A stretch of DNA of 63,927 bases, filler included, from Octopus bimaculoides (taxonomy: Eukaryota): the NCBI RefSeq assembly GCF_001194135.2. It is 7 parts of 7 records of this genome, joined end to end, with 100 filler letters (N's around TTAATTAATTAA, not from the genome) between each part and the next. Parts side by side here need not be neighbours in the genome. Positions count along the whole stretch, not along the records: positions 31,996 to 45,267 come from NC_068982.1; positions 45,368 to 52,246 come from NW_026378326.1; 5 more parts are not named here. One strand, written 5' to 3'. Below, in pieces: positions 37,833 through 51,249 of the stretch (the stretch's first letter is position 1; every line of letters begins with the position of its first letter). A program made the position numbers and the translations under genes. Under the pieces are notes generated by a model. It did no database searches and was not told the origin of the DNA. It was given only the letters and a program-made list of their open reading frames with translations.

Positions 37833-40389
37833 CATTCATACATACGCACACACATTTACATACACAAACATATGCACACACACGTACATGCATTCATATC
37901 TGTAATCACCAGAAGTTACAAAGTGACTTAAAAGGCTAAGACTTCAATTTTTCTTCTTTTGAATCAGAATTGCTTACGCAATGTTTCACCAGTGCCGGCT
38001 ATAAATTTATGGACATTTAAAATTGTTGTTGATTATCCCTCAGATGAGGACTGAGCACCTATGCACAACAAAACACCTATGCACAAAGATTTTCCAGATA
38101 TAGCAGATCCCTCTTTTATTCAGGCATACGCCATGTCTTCCCATTGCTTTTAAATCGAATGTGGTTGCTATTTCTAGCAGGTCACTGACTCCTCCAAGAT
38201 ATTAGTGTTGGACTGTTTGTATTTTTGATAGAACTGGCTCCCATGTATACAAAAATCGTTCATGTGTACCAACACACATGTGGATATATTTATGCACATG
38301 TGTGTTTTGTGCTGCATGTGTGAGCAAACAGAAACTAAAGATGAAATACGACGATACATGAAGTTCGTACTCTAGCATGGTACAATTTCAGCAACTCCTC
38401 TCACATCTACTCATGCTAGTCCCTTTGCTCTGGCTTGTCTTTTTCATCTCCTTCTGATATTTTCATGTTACTGCAACTTTAAACTCATCTTTCTCTTTCT
38501 CCTCCTCTCTACACCCGCTAAAATCCAATCATTTTGACAGAAAAACCATTCTTCAAATCTTACTCCTACACAGAATACACACATTCACACTCTCACACAC
38601 ACAAACACGCACACACACGCATACACACGCACACATATATATTTACGCGTCGTGTATGTATTCATACATATATATATATATATATATANNNNNNNNNNNN
38701 NNNNNNNNNNNNNNNNNNNNNNNNNNNNNNNNNNNNNNNNNNNNNNNNNNNNNNNNNNNNNNNNNNNNNNNNNNNNNNNNNNNNNNNNNNNNNNNNNNNN
38801 NNNNNNNNNNNNNNNNNNNNNNNNNNNNNNNNNNNNNNNNNNNNNNNNNNNNNNNNNNNNNNNNNNNNNNNNNNNNNNNNNNNNNNNNNNNNNNNNNNNN
38901 NNNNNNNNNNNNNNNNNNNNNNNNNNNNNNNNNNNNNNNNNNNNNNNNNNNNNNNNNNNNNNNNNNNNNNNNNNNNNNNNNNNNNNNNNNNNNNNNNNNN
39001 NNNNNNNNNNNNNNNNNNNNNNNNNNNNNNNNNNNNNNNNNNNNNNNNNNNNNNNNNNNNNNNNNNNNNNNNNNNNNNNNNNNNNNNNNNNNNNNNNNNN
39101 NNNNNNNNNNNNNNNNNNNNNNNNNNNNNNNNNNNNNNNNNNNNNNNNNNNNNNTATATATATACATGCATATACATAGACATATGCATATATACATGCA
39201 TATATATAAACGCAGACACACACACTCACGTACACATATATATATATAAGCAGAGAGAGAGAAGAGACAGAGGGAGAGAGACGCATACATTCCTCTCTCC
39301 TCTATCTTTCAATCTGTCTGTTTGGCTATCTCTGATGTGTCTTTTTCAACCCCCTCTCTCTCTCCCTCTCTCCCTCTCTCTAGATATTTACATGCACACA
39401 GTACGCGTGTGCGCGTCTAGGTATGTGTGGGCATGTGTGTGTCTATGAGTATGTATTTTATCATGCCGACCTGGTAATATTTATCAAGCTCTTCGCCGCC
39501 ATTGCATTGATGTCGACGTTGAGTAGTGGAATGGCAAAACCAGCTGGCAGCCCACTCAGCCGTGACTTCTTCACTGAATCGATATTCATCAACCGTTTAT
39601 ACACAACATCACATACAGTCAATAGTAAAATCATAGCTATACAGAAACACACACACACACACACATACACACACACAGGGATATATATATTCATACAGAT
39701 ATGTATGTATATGCTGACATACAGCCTACTTCTGTGTAAAGTGTCTTGTTTTTCATATATGCATGCATGTGTGCCGGCATGTATATGTGTGTGTATGCAC
39801 AGGTACATATATGTGGATGTATGTGTGTGTATGTTTATCCATAGATAGTGAAGGGGAGGGGGTTGAGAGAGGAATAGATATGAAAACATGCTGAGTGTTA
39901 AATAGATAGACACAGACACACATAGATAGACATATACATATTTATGCGTAGTTAAATTCATACACGCATACACAAACACGTACACACTCACCACCACCAC
40001 CACCATTTATATATATATATATGTGTATGTGTGTGTGTCTTTATGCGTCCATACACACACACACACACATATATGTATAAACTTACGCACATGTATATAT
40101 ATATATATGTGTATCTGTGTGTGCGTGTATATATATTAATAACTTCTCAGCATCCTGTTAACCGGAAGCAAGCATGTCCTGCTGACGTGAAGAGCTGAAT
40201 TGCCATGGCAATGCATGGGATTTAGAAATATGGACATCCCCAAGCTATTCGCTTCTCCATTCGTCCGTTTGACCATTAGTTCGTGAGTTTGACCCTAAGA
40301 GCGTACCATTAGACAAGAGGAAATGTCTGCCGAAAGAGAAATGATTCGACCCTTTCATTATCAAAAAGGACATAAATAGAAAGGAAGTG

Positions 40390-40408
40390 TTGCTGTTGAT
40401 GATGATGG

Positions 40409-40441
<33 letters not shown>

Positions 40442-40451
40442 CGACGACGAC

Positions 40452-40483
<32 letters not shown>

Positions 40484-40529
40484 TGATGACGATGTTGATG
40501 ACGATGTTGAAGATGATGACAATGACTAT

Positions 40530-40563
<34 letters not shown>

Positions 40564-40615
40564 CAGTAGTAGTAGTAGTAGTAGTAGTAGTACTAGGTGG
40601 TGGTGGTGGTGGTTT
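40390..40615. repeat. Compound trinucleotide array (GAT)n(GAC)n(GAT)n(TAT)n(TAG)n(GGT)n
   Basis: Seen directly. Confidence 0.95.
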
Positions 40616-42179
40616 TTGTTCTTGAGAGGTGGTGGAGTCAGATGTAGTAGTTTTCACGGTTACAATAACGACACTAGATATAGCCGTTGTTTTGGATGAT
40701 GGTGCTGTTAACGTTGGTTATATTAATTATTATTGTAGTTAGAAATAAGGCAACATGTTATGTTGGTGTTAGTTGTAGTGGTGATGGTGGTTATGATGGT
40801 GGTGTTACTATTAATTATGGTAGTGAGTGCGACAGGAAGTCAGAATAACGGTGGTAGCTATAGTGGAGATAATGGTAGATACGGTGGTTCTAGTAGTTGA
40901 TGTACATAGTGATGGTGGTAGTCACATTGTTACTGTTTCTGGTATTGGTGATTGTTTTATGGTTATGGTTATGGTGATGACAATAATGCAGTATAACCGC
41001 ACTGTTAAGCATTTCACATCGCATGTACGAAGTTTCGGATTCGATTCCGATGCGTGTCACCATGGGTAAATATAATTTTCGAGAGTCTCGATTCAAATCA
41101 TACCTTGAGAGAAAAATTATGTAGAAGGAAACTGTGCAATAGCTTACGGGATGGATTGTATCTGTAATGGAAAGGTCATACGCTGTGTCACACTGATTGT
41201 GCCTGGAGATTAGGTTAAGAGTACATGCGCCAGTGGAATACTCAGACACTTACAAATTAATTCAAGAGCAAATAATTGATCGAACAATGAAACATTCCTG
41301 ATCGGAAATTCTGACGAGATCAATTTATTACAACTGTATTTAAATTGAACACGTGGTTTGCTTCCGATAACATACCTTAAAAAGCTAAATAAAGTTGATA
41401 AACAAGCATATTTAATTTTGAATTATTTTTTCTCTTAGTAAATACGTTGTTGTTTAATGATCAAAGACATTCCATCCTTGAACAACACATCGGTTTTTAC
41501 AAGTACAGAGTAACCATGTCCAGAATATCAAATGTGAGTACGGCATCTTGAGGGATATTTGGTCGTTGCATCTAGCAGGTCAAAAATCTATGTAAAAATC
41601 TCTACATGATCTTAATATTCTTGGCGGTGTTAGGGGTATACTTTAAGTATGCGCTACTTTTCTTTAATAGAGCAGAACAAGCAGTTTTCCTCTGTCTGGT
41701 GTTCAGGGAAAAAAGTTGTTTTGTTGTGGGAAAAGAGGTTTTTAGTGGAAGACTGACGCTATATGCTCAAGCCCTCATACACTTTTTGAAGTTCCACTTG
41801 GAAAATATGGTGAAGTGGGATAGAGAAATGTTTTCTTCAACTGAATTTCTCAAAAGATAACAAAAGTGGTTTGAATGGATGAATAGATCAGACAATAACA
41901 ATTGGAAAGAGGGCATGTCCTTTGATCTTCGATCTGTGGTGTTCCTTCATTGTCCCTAATAAGAGGTCATCCTGTCTCTTGTATCAGGATAATTGTATCA
42001 TCCATGCAAACATGTATCTGTAAATTTTGATAACTTATATTTTATCCCTTCCTCCTTCTCACCTGATTTGGTTAAACCCCAAAACTACATTTAACCTGTT
42101 TTTTTAATGTCTACTTCATGCAACGACACTGGCAAACTTAATCATGATCTTCGTCCTCTTCATCTCATCCTCATCCGCA

Positions 42180-42265
<86 letters not shown>

Positions 42266-42311
42266 TCGTAACACAGTTTAGGTAAAAACGAGTCTTTAGT
42301 CATCTGTCAAG

Positions 42312-42517
42312 TTACAACAAGTACACCATACATAATACTTTCGTTAAGATGTGCGCTGTGTAAGGCTGCTCTTTTTGCAAGATATCAATAATCTCGTATG
42401 AGATTTCCAGTTGCCTTAAGAAGTCTTGGTGTTCCAATGGGATTGAGCCCATCGCTCCGAGCACCACTGGTATCACTTTTACATTACCCTCTCGCATTCC
42501 ATACAGTCTTGCCATTT

Positions 42518-42525
<8 letters not shown>
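42312..42525 (-). mobile_element. RLE LINE extreme 3' fragment
   Basis: VKVIPVVLGAMGSIP...ILQK....TAHILTKVL motif, embedded in (AAT)n/(AGT)n tracts. Confidence 0.7.
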
Positions 42526-42591
<66 letters not shown>

Positions 42592-42619
42592 GTTCATCTC
42601 ATCCTCATCCGCATCATCA

Positions 42620-42702
<83 letters not shown>

Positions 42703-43323
42703 TATAGAAATGAGGTTACTCCACCAGAAAGTGAAGAAGCAAATAAAGAAGAGTGCCATTGTTATCAAATGAANNNNNNNNNNNNNNNNNNNNNNNNNNN
42801 NNNNNNNNNNNNNNNNNNNNNNNNNNNNNNNNNNNNNNNNNNNNNNNNNNNNNNNNNNNNNNNNNNNNNNNNNNNNNNNNNNNNNNNNNNNNNNNNNNNN
42901 NNNNNNNNNNNNNNNNNNNNNNNNNNNNNNNNNNNNNNNNNNNNNNNNNNNNNNNNNNNNNNNNNNNNNNNNNNNNNNNNNNNNNNNNNNNNNNNNNNNN
43001 NNNNNNNNNNNNNNNNNNNNNNNNNNNNNNNNNNNNNNNNNNNNNNNNNNNNNNNNNNNNNNNNNNNNNNNNNNNNNNNNNNNNNNNNNNNNNNNNNNNN
43101 NNNNNNNNNNNNNNNNNNNNNNNNNNNNNNNNNNNNNNNNNNNNNNNNNNNNNNNNNNNNNNNNNNNNNNNNNNNNNNNNNNNNNNNNNNNNNNNNNNNN
43201 NNNNNNNNNNNNNNNNNNNNNNNNNNNNNNNNNNNNNNNNNNNNNNNNNNNNNNNNNNNNNNNNNNNNNNNNNNNNNNNNNNNNNNNNNNNNNNNNNNNN
43301 NNNNNNNNNNNNNCGCATCATCA

Positions 43324-43399
<76 letters not shown>

Positions 43400-43568
43400 A
43401 AATAAGGTGCGTTGGACAATATGCCTTGCAAAATGTGATACAATTACGTTCCGAATTCAAATTTTGTAGAGATCAACTTTGAATTAACCCGTCACCCGCT
43501 CTCAACTCATCACCTGACAATGTTAGTACCTTTAGCGTCACCCACTCCGCATCAAGCTTTTTAGACAG

Positions 43569-43630
43569 GTTTTCGGCTTGATGATATACTATTCACTCCG
43601 TCAGAACCTCTTGCCATTGTCGGAGATCCC
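43569..43630 (+). CDS. Candidate exon A of unrecognised + strand gene
   Basis: tttttagacAG|gt ttt cgg...gat ccc|GTAAAA; FRLDDILFTPSEPLAIVGDP, ends phase 0 (alternative acceptor 43565). Confidence 0.45.
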
Positions 43631-44068
43631 GTAAAAGTTCATGGACACTGATTTCTCACATAACAAAAGGATAAAAACACGCAGAGTCTATTTTCGCAGT
43701 GAGGCAAAAATGTGATTATTAGATATATGATTATAACTTTTCGTAATTAGTATATACGCTGTGGAAATGACCCACTTAACACGCACGACCATATTGGTTG
43801 GCTATATAAATAAAGGTGATCTAACCTGACGATATCTGAATGTTTCATTAAGTAGGTTGTAACGTAGTCTATCAGCAATGATAATAAAATAATCGAATCC
43901 TGAAGATAGTTTTAACGATCATTTGTCTATGCTACAAATGTAAATTATGATTTTATAAGAACCCAATTTTTGAAACGAGGCTAAAATAAGCTTTGAAAAA
44001 TAGTTAGAACACTATTTCCACTTTTAATCCCTTACAAGTTTTGCCAGTGCAACAGATTAATATATATA

Positions 44069-44123
<55 letters not shown>

Positions 44124-44785
44124 NNNNNNNNNNNNNNNNNNNNNNNNNNNNNNNNNNNNNNNNNNNNNNNNNNNNNNNNNNNNNNNNNNNNNNNNNNNNN
44201 NNNNNNNNNNNNNNNNNNNNNNNNNNNNNNNNNNNNNNNNNNNNNNNNNNNNNNNNNNNNNNNNNNNNNNNNNNNNNNNNNNNNNNNNNNNNNNNNNNNN
44301 NNNNNNNNNNNNNNNNNNNNNNNNNNNNNNNNNNNNNNNNNNNNNNNNNNNNNNNNNNNNNNNNNNNNNNNNNNNNNNNNNNNNNNNNNNNNNNNNNNNN
44401 NNNNNNNNNNNNNNNNNNNNNNNNNNNNNNNNNNNNNNNNNNNNNNNNNNNNNNNNNNNNNNNNNNNNNNNNNNNNNNNNNNNNNNNNNNNNNNNNNNNN
44501 NNNNNNNNNNNNNNNNNNNNNNNNNNNNNNNNNNNNNNNNNNNNNNNNNNNNNNNNNNNNNNNNNNNNNNNNNNNNNNNNNNNNNNNNNNNNNNNNNNNN
44601 NNNNNNNNNNNNNNNNNNNNNNNNNNNNNNNNNNNNNNNNNNNNNNNNNNNNNNNNNNNNNNNNNNNNNNNNNNNNNNNNNNNNNNNNNNNNNNNNNNNN
44701 NNNNNNNNNNNNNNNNNNNNNNNNNNNNNNNNNNNNNNNNNNNNNNNNNNNNNNNNNNNNNNNNNNNNNNNNNNNNNNNNNNNNN

Positions 44786-44819
<34 letters not shown>

Positions 44820-45230
44820 GTCAAGCTATGAAAGTCCACAACATCAATACGTCCTTTGTTTCTTCTGTGTCATACTTCTTGTGAACCCTACACAGTTTAT
44901 GGTTGATTACAACTATATGGAAGTGTAACTGTCTGTGTGTGTGTCTGCGCGCGCGCGCGCGAGAAAGTGGGCGTGTGTATGCATGTGTGTTATTTAAAAA
45001 ATATATATCTATACTTGTATATTCGTATGTATGCATGTGTTTATTCATATTTATACACTTATGCAAATTCACCCACACTCAAATGTCTCTATATAGGGAA
45101 ACATCATGGATATATGTGTGTGTGTCTCTCTCTCTATATATATATACATAACTACACACATATATACACACACGTTTGTATATATACATACACACACACT
45201 CATGCACACACGCATCTATCTATATATGTG

Positions 45231-45267
<37 letters not shown>

Positions 45268-45639
45268 NNNNNNNNNNNNNNNNNNNNNNNNNNNNNNNNN
45301 NNNNNNNNNNNTTAATTAATTAANNNNNNNNNNNNNNNNNNNNNNNNNNNNNNNNNNNNNNNNNNNNGAAGAAATCGACCCCAGAACTTATTCTTTGTAA
45401 GCCTAGTACTTATTCTAGCTGTCTTTTGCCGAACCGCTAAGTTACAGGGACATGAACATATCAGCATCGCTTGTTAAGCGATAGCGGGGGTGGGCACAAA
45501 CACGCATACACACACACACACACACATACACGACGAGCTTCTTTCAGTTGCCGTCTACCAAATCCACTCACAAAGCTTTTGACTAAAGTGCCACGCAGTG
45601 GCACTGAACCCGGAACCATGTGGTTTTGAAGCAAGGTTC

Positions 45640-45872
45640 TTGTTTCTTTATTGCCCACAAGCGGCTAAACATAGAGGGGACAAACAAGGACAGACAAAGG
45701 GATTAAGTCGATTATATCGACCCCAGTGCGTAACTGGTACTTAATTTATCGACCCTGAAAAGATGAAAGGCAAAGTCGACCTCGGCGGAATTTGAACTCA
45801 GAGCGTAACGGCAGACGAAATACCGCTAAGCATTTCGCCCGGCGTGCTAACGTTTCTGCCAGCTCGCCGCCT
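45640..45872 (-). mobile_element. tRNA-derived SINE with Meta-like domain, nested in a dominant-family SINE (45368-45890)
   Basis: Contains GTCGACTTTGCCTTTCATC...GGGTCGATAAATTAAGTACCAG; the host SINE head (ccacacagccact) resumes at 45874. The MetaSINE label is from recalled similarity. Confidence 0.8.
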
Positions 45873-46035
45873 TACCACACAGCCACTCCTGAAATTGTCC
45901 AGAGATTATTCCAATACGAAACGATGACGTCATCTCATAGTTGATATCGGAGTCAAGTGTTACAAGATGGCAGACCAACAATACGATGGCTGCCATGATT
46001 CAAAACACTTCACTTCGTCGCCTCAGTCTACCTAG

Positions 46036-46084
46036 CTGTATATAGATGGCACTAAGAGCTACCAGGAACTATTTCATTGTGTAT
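46036..46084 (+). CDS. Candidate exon B
   Basis: cctcagtctacctAG|ctg tat...tgt gta t|GTAAGT; LYIDGTKSYQELFHCV plus 1 nt, phase 0 to 1. Confidence 0.5.
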
Positions 46085-46639
46085 GTAAGTGCCTGATAAG
46101 TCCCGATAAGATTTCTGAAGGGCTTCTGCTTAACTCCAATTTAATGGTGTTAAGCGGACGAGAGATAAATCTTCCCCTTTATAGAATGTTGACCTTTCTG
46201 TCTTGATACTAACTGCCATCAAAGGAAGACCACACACAAAAGTGAGTAGTTTAATTAACAGACCTTATTGTAAAGAATGCAGCACGAATTTAATTAAAAC
46301 GTAGTTTTCGGTGCAACAACAGCAGTGCAAATGATAATGCATTTCTGATAATCTTAAGAAAGGGACGAACTTCACAGCTGCACACTATCCGATTATGTGT
46401 GTAATGCAAAATAAAAGGTAGCCAAATCTCGCACCTTATTAATTCTTTCTACCATATGCATAAGGCCAGCATTTTCGAGGGGAGGGGAAAATTCGATTTC
46501 ATAGATTCCAGTAATTCAATGAAACTTTATTATTTCGACTCCGAAAAGATGAACGGCAAAGTCAATCTCGGCGGAATTTGAATTCAGAACGTTAAAAATC
46601 AGACAAAAGCCTTACAGCATTTCGTCAGACAAGCTAAAG

Positions 46640-47210
46640 CAGGGTTCGGAGAACTTTTTAACCAATTACTCCAAAGTATATTTATTTACGCCGACGTTAC
46701 CCCTTTGATTTGAAAGGAAGAAAATCATCGATTCTTTGAATTCAAAAGGTTTATAAAATCTATTTATAGGGAGAATACAATTATAAATATAAAAAAAGCA
46801 TAAAACAAATGCGATAAAATAAATCAATATCCTCATAAGAATTTTTTTAGAAACATATTCACTTCAGGTTTTGGAGAAATGATGTTTCATTTCTTTTACA
46901 ATTACATCAAACTTGGGGCATTTTGATGTCAGAGCAATTTGGATGGTCTTCGGGGTCCAATCGATTACCCTGCTTTGTTTTTATGCTCATCAGAGTGGAA
47001 AATCCTTGTTTGTAAAGATAGGTTGTTGCAAAAGGCAGCAACATTTTGACTGTCTCCTCATGCAAGAAGAGAAAATTCTGTCGTAACAAGGAACACGTTT
47101 CTTTTTGTTTTATATATATAATTTTACTTATGTCTAATGAGTCCTCCTTACCACCAAGAATTTCATTTTTACCCCTCCTAGGGTAATTTACCCCGGTTCG
47201 ACGACCCCTG
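46640..47210 (-). mobile_element. Internally deleted hAT (Charlie-like) element
   Basis: Imperfect TIRs CAGGGTTCGGAGAAC and GGTTCGACGACCCCTG; minus-strand dimerisation-domain remnant MLLPFATTYLYKQGFSTLMSIKTKQGNRLD. No TSD recognised. Confidence 0.8.
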
Positions 47211-47339
47211 AGAGATTCTGACAGCTCGCCACCTTCTTGTGTCTTGATAAGGGCACCAATAACAATATTTCGCTTCAGTTTCACATTTTGTGCCATCAAA
47301 TAAATGTTGATGCCATATATATATATATATACGTGTGTA

Positions 47340-47374
<35 letters not shown>

Positions 47375-47506
47375 CTCCTCATCGATTGACAACCGATGTT
47401 GGTGTGTATATGTACCCGTAACTAAACGGTTCGACACAAGAGACTGAAAGAATAAGTACCCGGCTTACAAAGAATAAGTCCTGGGGTAGATTTCTTCGAC
47501 TAAGAC

Positions 47507-47664
47507 CAGGGGCAGACTGAGAGTATTAAGGACCCTAGGGCATAACTGTTTACCGGGCACCTTTGAATGTGTGTTTTAGTAGAGTTAACATGTAGAGTGT
47601 GGGCATCTCAGAGCTTCGGGCCCTCGGGCAGTGCCCAATTGACCAACGGCTCAGTCCGCCCTTG
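47507..47664. mobile_element. 158-bp hAT MITE inserted in a SINE
   Basis: 15-bp TIR CAGGGGCAGACTGAG / CTCAGTCCGCCCTTG; 8-bp TSD ACTAAGAC / ACTAAAAC. Confidence 0.85.
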
Positions 47665-47721
47665 ACTAAAACCCTTCAAGGCAGTGCAAACACACATATA
47701 TATATCGTACATTTCTGTCTG

Positions 47722-47774
<53 letters not shown>

Positions 47775-48039
47775 TTATCTGTCTGCCTGTCTGTCTGTCT
47801 GTCTGTCTGTCTCTGTCTCTGTCTCTGTCTCTCTGTCTCTCTCTCTCTCTCTCTCTTTCTTTCTCTAAACATATATATATATATATATAATAAAAATATA
47901 TATATATGCATATATACATACGTATATGTACATACTTCTATACATACGTATATATACATACTTCTATACGTATATATAAAAAAAAAATATATATATATAT
48001 ATGGGCACAGGACGTCATGAAACATGTACAACAAAAAGG

Positions 48040-50077
48040 TATGAAGCACGAGTACATTGTTTACATTTGACGGATATTTGCCCTGATCTTGTTTGTTGTT
48101 AACGCAAAGTTTCGGATGATATACCCTCCAGCAGGTGTCGTGAGGAAATTTCGAACGTGGGTATTTCTCGATGTTATGATTATTATTAATATTATTGTTA
48201 TTCAGGTCACTGCCTGGAATCGAACTCGGAGTTAGTAGCCAGCACTCTTAACCACTATGCCATATGCCCGTGGGCAATTATGAAATGAATTTTAGGGTTT
48301 ATAAATCTAATATTTTCCAATCCTTCCTTAATACCGATTTCCATATGCTACTCATATCTGCACTCTGTCTGCTTCGGAAATTGTTGTGTCCTAACATATG
48401 TGCTGCTTCTTTTAGTTTTCGTATTTTCCTGTAGTGTTTTCTATCTATTATTTTAACTTCATCCCACAGGGGAAGGTGGTCTCCATTTTTCCATACATGA
48501 TCAGCTATACCCGATTTATCAATATTTCCTCGTGTCACAGCTTTGCAATGTTAGTCTACCACATATGTACGGTCTCCCTAAGATTCACAAGGACAGTATT
48601 CCATTAAGACCTATAGTGAGCTGTAGAGGTTCGGCATGTCATCCACTGAGTCGCTTCCTTGTGGATATAATCAGTCCATTAGCAGGAAAGTCAACATCGT
48701 ACGTGAAGAATTCCACCCACTTCACAGAATTGATCAAAGATACCCCCATTGAATCCAACCAGATGATGAGTCTTGATGTAATAAGTCTGTTCACCAAAGT
48801 CCCAACTGGTGAAGCACTATCAGTGATTCAAGAAAAACTAGTGACAGGCACCCATCTAAAAGGACGCACTAGTATACCAATAAGAAACTTGATGGAAATG
48901 TTGACCTTCTGTGTAGAAACTACCTACTTCAGTATGGACACTGATATATATCGACAAGAAGAGGGTTTAGCTATGGGTTCGCCATTATCACCGATAATAG
49001 CCAATATATACATGGAATAGTTTGAGAATTTGACTTTAGGCTCAACACCACTAAAACCAACCCTATGGCTGCGATATGTTGATGACACCTTTATACTCTG
49101 GACCCACCAGGAAAATGTCCAAGTTCTGTTAGATCATGTGAACTCAATAAACCCATCCATACAGCTCAGAATGGAAAAGGAAAAAGACAATCAGTTAGCA
49201 TTCTTGGACGTATTAATAACACGCACCAAATATGGATTCAGGGCATCCGTATACCGCAAGCCGACCTTCACTGGACGATACCTCAACTTCAATTCCCACC
49301 ATCCATACAGTGTAAAGAGAGGGATTGCTCAGTGCATAAACCATCGAGCAAAGAATATAAGTAGCGATCATGATACCCACCACGAAGAAGAGATCAAGCT
49401 CAATAACGATCTGTTAAGCAACAACTACCCCCAAAAACATACTATACACTCCAATTATGAAGAGAAGAGAGGATGAAACCTATAAACTGACCACAGTCTG
49501 TCTGCTCTATGTGAAAGGCCTCTCCGAAAAGATACAAAAGATATGTGGCCATATGACATCAGGACAGTATTCAAGAGTAATACAACACTTCGCAAATATC
49601 TCCTTCGAGTAAAACCACCAATAGAAGAGAATATGACCAAAGACTGCGTGTAGTCCATCACATGCAGCTGTGGCAGGTTATACAAAGGCAAAACATGTCG
49701 CCTCCTCAAAATAAGGGTAGAGGAACATCGCAAAGCTGTGACACAGAGAGATATTGATAAATTGGGTATAGCTGATCATGTATGTAAAAATGGAGACTAC
49801 CTCCCCCGGTGGGATGAAGTTAAAATAATAGATAGATAGAGAACACCACTGGAAAATACGAAAACTAAAAGAAGCAGCACATATGTTAGGACACAACCTC
49901 CTGAGCAGACCGAATGCAGATATGAACGGCGTATGAGAACCGGTATTAAGGAAGGATAGGAAAATATTAGATTTATAAGCCCTAAAATTCACTCCATAAT
50001 TGCCCACAGGCATATGACGTAGTGGCTAAGAGCGTGGGCTACTAACTCCAAGACTCCGAGTTTGATTCCGAGTGACG

Positions 50078-50120
<43 letters not shown>
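48040..50120 (+). mobile_element. Penelope-like element (RT plus GIY-YIG) with inverted copy of its 3' end, inactive
   Basis: MYGLPKIHK..IPLRPIVS, SLDVISLFTKVP, GLAMGSPLSP, WLRYVDD, YRKPT.TGRYLNFNSHHP, GIY-YIG region (ITCSCG..YKG.T.R.L.IRVEEH); 48180-48545 is an inverted copy of 49730-50080. Confidence 0.93.
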
Positions 50121-50121
<1 letters not shown>

Positions 50122-51249
50122 NNNNNNNNNNTATATCGTAATATACATGTGTGTGTGTGTGTGTGAGTGTGTGTACGAGGCATCGATGCATACATTGGGA
50201 CAAATTAATCCAGGCACATACTATAATACCTCTCTACTGCATTCCAAGCCACGGCTAACCACAGCAGAATATTGTGGGTTATATTAGTAGCTGCACATAC
50301 TCTGTGTAGTAGAAACATGGTCGGTCATTTTAGTTTGCGAATTATGCTGTGCGAAATTAAAAGAAAGATTTGAAGTCGTGCATAGATACATACATACATT
50401 TATATATATGTAACTATGTGAAACTTACTTGGAAGAGTATGCGTGGCGTTCAATTATATAATAATATAAATATATATATATGTATGTGTATATATATTGA
50501 CTTTCCGTATTCCCGAGCGTCATATTAATATATACTTTTGTTATTTACACCACCTGTCCTCGTCTGTTGTTATTTTTTGTATATTCTCCCATATANNNNN
50601 NNNNNNNNNNNNNNNNNNNNNNNNNNNNNNNNNNNNNNNNNNNNNNNNNNNNNNNNNNNNNNNNNNNNNNNNNNNNNNNNNNNNNNNNNNNNNNNNNNNN
50701 NNNNNNNNNNNNNNNNNNNNNNNNNNNNNNNNNNNNNNNNNNNNNNNNNNNNNNNNNNNNNNNNNNNNNNNNNNNNNNNNNNNNNNNNNNNNNNNNNNNN
50801 NNNNNNNNNNNNNNNNNNNNNNNNNNNNNNNNNNNNNNNNNNNNNNNNNNNNNNNNNNNNNNNNNNNNNNNNNNNNNNNNNNNNNNNNNNNNNNNNNNNN
50901 NNNNNNNNNNNNNNNNNNNNNNNNNNNNNNNNNNNNNNNNNNNNNNNNNNNNNNNNNNNNNNNNNNNNNNNNNNNNNNNNNNNNNNNNNNNNNNNNNNNN
51001 NNNNNNNNNNNNNNNNNNNNNNNNNNNNNNNNNNNNNNNNNNNNNNNNNNNNNNNNNNNNNNNNNNNNNNNNNNNNNNNNNNNNNNNNNNNNNNNNNNNN
51101 NNNNNNNNNNNNNNNNNNNNNNNNNNNNNNNNNNNNNNNNNNNNNNNNNNNNNNNNNNNNNNNNNNNNNNNNNNNNNNNNNNNNNNNNNNNNNNNNNNNN
51201 NNNNNNNNNNNNNNNNNNNNNNNNNNNNNNNNNNNNNNNNNNNNNNNNN

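Noticed and set aside
48195-48280. tRNA gene
   Set aside because: Box A and B present but no complete cloverleaf or oligo-T terminator; part of a repeat.
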